Positions 60,365-64,000 of a stretch of DNA of 64,000 nucleotides are shown in pieces. Position numbers and translations under genes: made by a program. Position 1 is the first letter of the stretch, and each line of letters begins with the position of its first letter. Source of the DNA: a virus; IMG/VR virus record IMGVR_UViG_3300046171_000155, one strand, 5' to 3'. The notes beneath the pieces were generated by a model that was not told where the DNA came from, ran no database searches, and saw only the letters and a list, made by a program, of their open reading frames with translations.

Positions 60365-61735
60365 ATCAAAGTAACCTCTGGTGAGTCAACATCAACTTTT
60401 ACGAGAGACATAGAGACAGTGTACCCCTCTTGTCGTATCGAGTGCTTACAGGCATAGATGAGGAAGTCACCTGACTTTTTCTTGTCGAAGAGAGTCTCTT
60501 TATTCGATTCTTCACCCTCTGGCACCTTATCGTTCTTAACGAACATCACCCTTATCTTTCTTCCGATAGATCTATTCGTCTTACCGTCGAAGAAATCTTG
60601 CCCGTTGACTGAAATAAGGATAGGGTCTTTTGTGACAACATTTGCCATAGACCGTGCAGTAACTTTATTCTTATATGAAGCAACATCTTCGTTCTCTGAC
60701 AAAGATGTCCAGTTCTTGTAAGAAGATGTCCCACCTATTTGGGTAATAGATCTTGTTCTTGGAGTTTCACTTCGCATCCAATCATATTGGAATGTGTCGA
60801 TGTTTGCTTTCTCTTTGACTATCTTCTTAGATTTAAATTTTTTGTTAACATCTAACTCAACATCAAACACGAATTCGTTTCTTTGATTCTTTGTCACATC
60901 GATGTAAGTGTAGTCAGCGCCTATCAATCCTTTGTCAAGTAATGAAAACATATCGGAAGTATTTCGAGACTCGTAACTAAGGATGGTCCTTCTATGAAGT
61001 TTCTGTGTCGGATCAGATTTAGAGATAGTCGATTCAGAGAAAGTGAAGGGGACGTCCCCAGTTATCAACTGGTTGAGTCAACAGATACCCTAGATCAACC
61101 AGTTGAAGTTCTTCTCCTATGAAAGAAGAATACAAGTAAAGTGGAAATCCTTGATTGGTCGCTAGTTGATTTTTCACCCAGTGTATAGACTCAATAGGGT
61201 TCATATTAGGGACGATCAACTTCATAGAATCTTGTTCTGCGTCACCATACATATCAATCTTTTTAGTCTCGCCTTCCTCATCGGTTTTTAAGAACTCGTT
61301 TGAAATCTTAGAAATGATATCACTCCCGCTACCTGAGTAAGCCCGGTTGATATTCGTCGTCTTAGAAAGGAACGCAATATCTTCGATTAGATGGGCGACG
61401 TATTGTTCCTGATCGTCTTTAATTTTCTCAGATTTAATCAACTTGTCTAAGTAGAATGTCTTCTTGATTAACTCCGGTTTTCGGCAACTGTGGTCATCTT
61501 CTTCTTGCACCATCACCTCAATCCGTACTCTTTCGCCACCGTCAATACCCAGAAAGTCAATTGAAGCATCGAAACTTACAAAACTCATTACTGCTGTGAG
61601 GTAGGGTTTGTCTATGTGTTCGAAGAAATCTAGATCAAGCACACTAGGCGCAATCTCAACAGGTATGCCATCTATAACTTCAAACTCAACGCTCGAAAGT
61701 GCAATGTGTGTTTTGTATTCGGATGGACCGCTCAT
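60361..61735 (-). CDS. Putative baseplate hub protein (gp27-like), split by an apparent indel near 61050
   Basis: Position between genes 53 and 5; FE.I.KPYLTA, IVPNM.P, SGDFLIYACKH motifs. Confidence 0.55.
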
Positions 61736-62454
61736 TATGACCTAGCCGCTCTAGCAAACATAGAAGTGACTGTAGCGATTGAACTTGGTTTAATCGCGCG
61801 GATCTGCCTTGAGTCTTCATTCTGTTTCTGATAGTATTCAAGGTTTGTCATTTCAAATAGACCAGTATTCCAACCATCTTTGGTTCGGTAGTCTGTAAGG
61901 TTGCCCTCACTATCTACATAGTGGTGAGCAGAAAGGTATTCACTATTAACAGACATCAACGTTGGTGTTTGTGTAACAATACCATCAAGGTCTGATATAG
62001 TATCGCCAGCAACAAACTCAGAATCGTCAATAGGGTCTATGACAACTTGACCCATGCTTGTATCGATACGTATAAGTCTACCAGTAGCACCGCTTTGTGA
62101 TACGACTTTCGTTACTTTTGAAAACATATCAATATCGTCTTGGGTGTTTAACGTAACGTTAGGAAAGTCTTCTTTCGCTTTCTCTATGATTGCTGTTTGA
62201 GTCAACGGCCACCCCTGTTCGCGTATGTGGTTGTTCATTAGATAGAACGTCCAATGTAATGTAGGGTTATTATACAATCTATGTGAGACATTGTCTGGAC
62301 GTTCGCCATCTCGTATGTAGAAGTCTTGATAGAACGCAGAGTTTTCTTTTAATTGATCTATGATCTCAACGTACAGAGAAATATTCTGCATGAGTGCGGT
62401 ATCTCCGTTCGCGAACTGATAAAACTCTTTTGGAAATTCTCGGAAGTATGACAT
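61735..62454 (-). CDS. gp53: Baseplate wedge subunit gp53
   Basis: MSYFREFP, I.DGERPDNVSHRLY....HWTF.LMN, WPL, Y....NE..R.I..IKP. Confidence 0.9.
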   Translation of the reverse strand: MSYFREFPKEFYQFANGDTALMQNISLYVEIIDQLKENSAFYQDFYIRDGERPDNVSHRLYNNPTLHWTFYLMNNHIREQGWPLTQTAIIEKAKEDFPNVTLNTQDDIDMFSKVTKVVSQSGATGRLIRIDTSMGQVVIDPIDDSEFVAGDTISDLDGIVTQTPTLMSVNSEYLSAHHYVDSEGNLTDYRTKDGWNTGLFEMTNLEYYQKQNEDSRQIRAIKPSSIATVTSMFARAARS

Positions 62455-63681
62455 TAGTAACCGTCCTTAACATCTCTTCTGCTGATAGTTTCTTCTTCAA
62501 CAAAGTTTAGCGATAAGTCTATCTCAACTGGGCGACCGTCTGGGTGGAATGCCATAGAAGATGCGTTATAGTTAGTGGAAACAGATCGTAGGTAACAATC
62601 TTTGATTTTGTTACCAACAAGAACCTGTTTAGTTTCTTCTACTTCGGTCTTATTTCCTTCTTCATCCACCTTTTCGACCATTACCTTTTGCTCAACATAA
62701 ACACTAATACTGAACAGGTCAGGGTATTTGTATCCGGCAGCAACTGGTCCCATATCGATCACTTCTGGATATGAGTATGTTCTAAAGGTTCTGATTATTT
62801 TCTCGACTATTTCTGCCTCTTTCTTAGATTTCGGCAAAAACTTGAACTGGAAAGAATACTCACGCAAGTTCACACCTTTGAAGACACTTCGTAAATTAGG
62901 GTTTACTGTAACACCTGCGGCGAGAGAAAACGCTGAAGCAACTTCAGACGGCGTGAATTTACTTGCCAGTCTCGCGGTAACTACAGCAGCTTGTGATGCG
63001 TTCAAGTTTCCCTTCGCCATATCAAATACACTTCCCAACCCTTGTGAGAACTGATCCATGGTGGACTTAAGCAGACCACTTCCAGAATTCATCCCCGCAA
63101 GCGCACCTGCACCGAGTAGACCCAACTCTGTTCCAGGGATAGAAAAACTATCGTTTTGCTGAAACGCAACAGGTAGGTATAGTTGTATGGTAGGAACACC
63201 GTCTCTTTTTATGACCTTTCTATCGGTAAAATTTGAAGATGATGTGAAATCATCGAATGCTTCTTTTAAGAAATTCGCGCCAGCTTTAGCGTGTTGCAAG
63301 GATTGTTGCGATAGTTTTTCGGATTCTTCCGCGAGTTGTTTTGACTTTATTTTTTGAGCACTTTGAGTTGATAGATTGCTAGGTCTTTTAGATTCATTCA
63401 AACATTGTTCTAGACGCATTCTTCGCTTCTCTAGAAGCTCTGTTAGCCTCCTTCGCTGCTTTAAAAGACTCGTTCGCCTCTTTGATATGTTCGCCGCCTT
63501 CGTTACCTATGGAAACGGGTGAGATAACTTGCATTATATTAAAATCTATTTTTGCTTTGTGACCATCGTTTTTAAGCGGATACTGCAATTTTGACTCAGC
63601 AGCTATATCCTCAATCATATCATCAATAGACTCGGAACTATATTCTGAATAATCGACTGTTGTTTTTGTAGTGTCTGCCAT
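62454..63681 (-). CDS. gp48: Baseplate tail-tube cap gp48 (apparent indel near 63410)
   Basis: LQYPL, I.LYLP, NP....FKGV..R.YSF.FKF.PKS..EA..V..II..F, YPD.F, C.L.SV..NY, L.F.E. Confidence 0.8.
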
Positions 63682-63697
63682 ATCGCATAACCCAATC

Positions 63698-63722
63698 TAT
63701 AAATATTGTTAGACTATTTATA
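63698..63722. promoter_or_regulatory. Face-to-face late promoters: + strand TATAAATA at 63698-63705 (gene 4) and - strand TATAAATA at 63715-63722 (gene 48)
   Basis: Both are exact consensus copies in the 53-bp divergent intergenic region. Confidence 0.8.
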
Positions 63723-63734
63723 CTCGAAATTCGA

Positions 63735-64000
63735 ATGAAGACTTACAAAGGCAGATACAAACCAAAGAACGCATTCAAGTACGCGGGTGACATTGACAAT
63801 GTCGTCTACCGATCGGGGTGGGAACGTCATGTCATGAAGTGGTGCGATGAGAACTCGGATGTGGTCGAATGGATGTCAGAAGATCTTATCATACCCTATA
63901 TCTGCGGGACCGACAAGAAACCTCACCGATACTTCGTAGACTTCGTGATCAAGTATAAATCAGGACGCGTTTGTACTCGTTGAGGTCAAACCTGCCAAGA
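63735..64000 (+). CDS. gp4: Head completion nuclease gp4 (5' part; apparent indel near 63965; runs off the window)
   Basis: YKGRYKPKN..KY.GD...VVYRS.WE...M.WCD.N..V..W.SE...IPY...D.K.HRYFVDF, then LVEVKP in another frame. Confidence 0.9.

Noticed and set aside
656-63054. The many short plus-strand and off-frame ORFs in the ORF track
   Set aside because: They are shadows of codon-biased or repetitive minus-strand genes and have no recognisable motifs.
1-64000. Alternative genetic code (stop-codon reassignment)
   Set aside because: Very long ORFs are intact under the standard code, all three stop codons end genes, and the breaks are frame changes rather than in-frame stops.
1-64000. tRNAs, introns, inteins or homing endonucleases
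   Set aside because: Intergenic gaps are short and are explained by promoters and terminators. gp17, gp20 and gp23 are of ordinary length. The only nuclease-like genes are gp17 and gp4.

Overview
A 64-kb stretch of the late (virion structural) region of a T4-like myovirus with marine T4-like gene order, almost entirely on the minus strand. In transcription order it holds: baseplate genes 48, 53, hub, 5, 25, 6, 7; a large accessory fibre/appendage region interleaved with gene 8 and a DUF4815-type protein; neck, packaging and tail genes 13-19; head genes 20-23; and gene 3. Gene 4 is divergent at the right end. T4 late promoters (TATAAATA) and cUUCGg terminators punctuate the region. Several essential genes carry small indels that look like uncorrected sequencing errors. 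The standout feature is two giant proteins (1513 and 1437 aa) built from tetrapeptide units. Their N-arm and C-arm are complementary when read antiparallel (xRxR faces xGxY, xSxY faces xRxF), suggesting very long beta-hairpin needles. At each turn sits a small domain that also appears on Pro-Glu stalks in two other virion proteins. A glycosyltransferase and a 2OG-Fe(II)-oxygenase-like gene lie just downstream. All annotation is by visual motif recognition; no database search or structure prediction was run.
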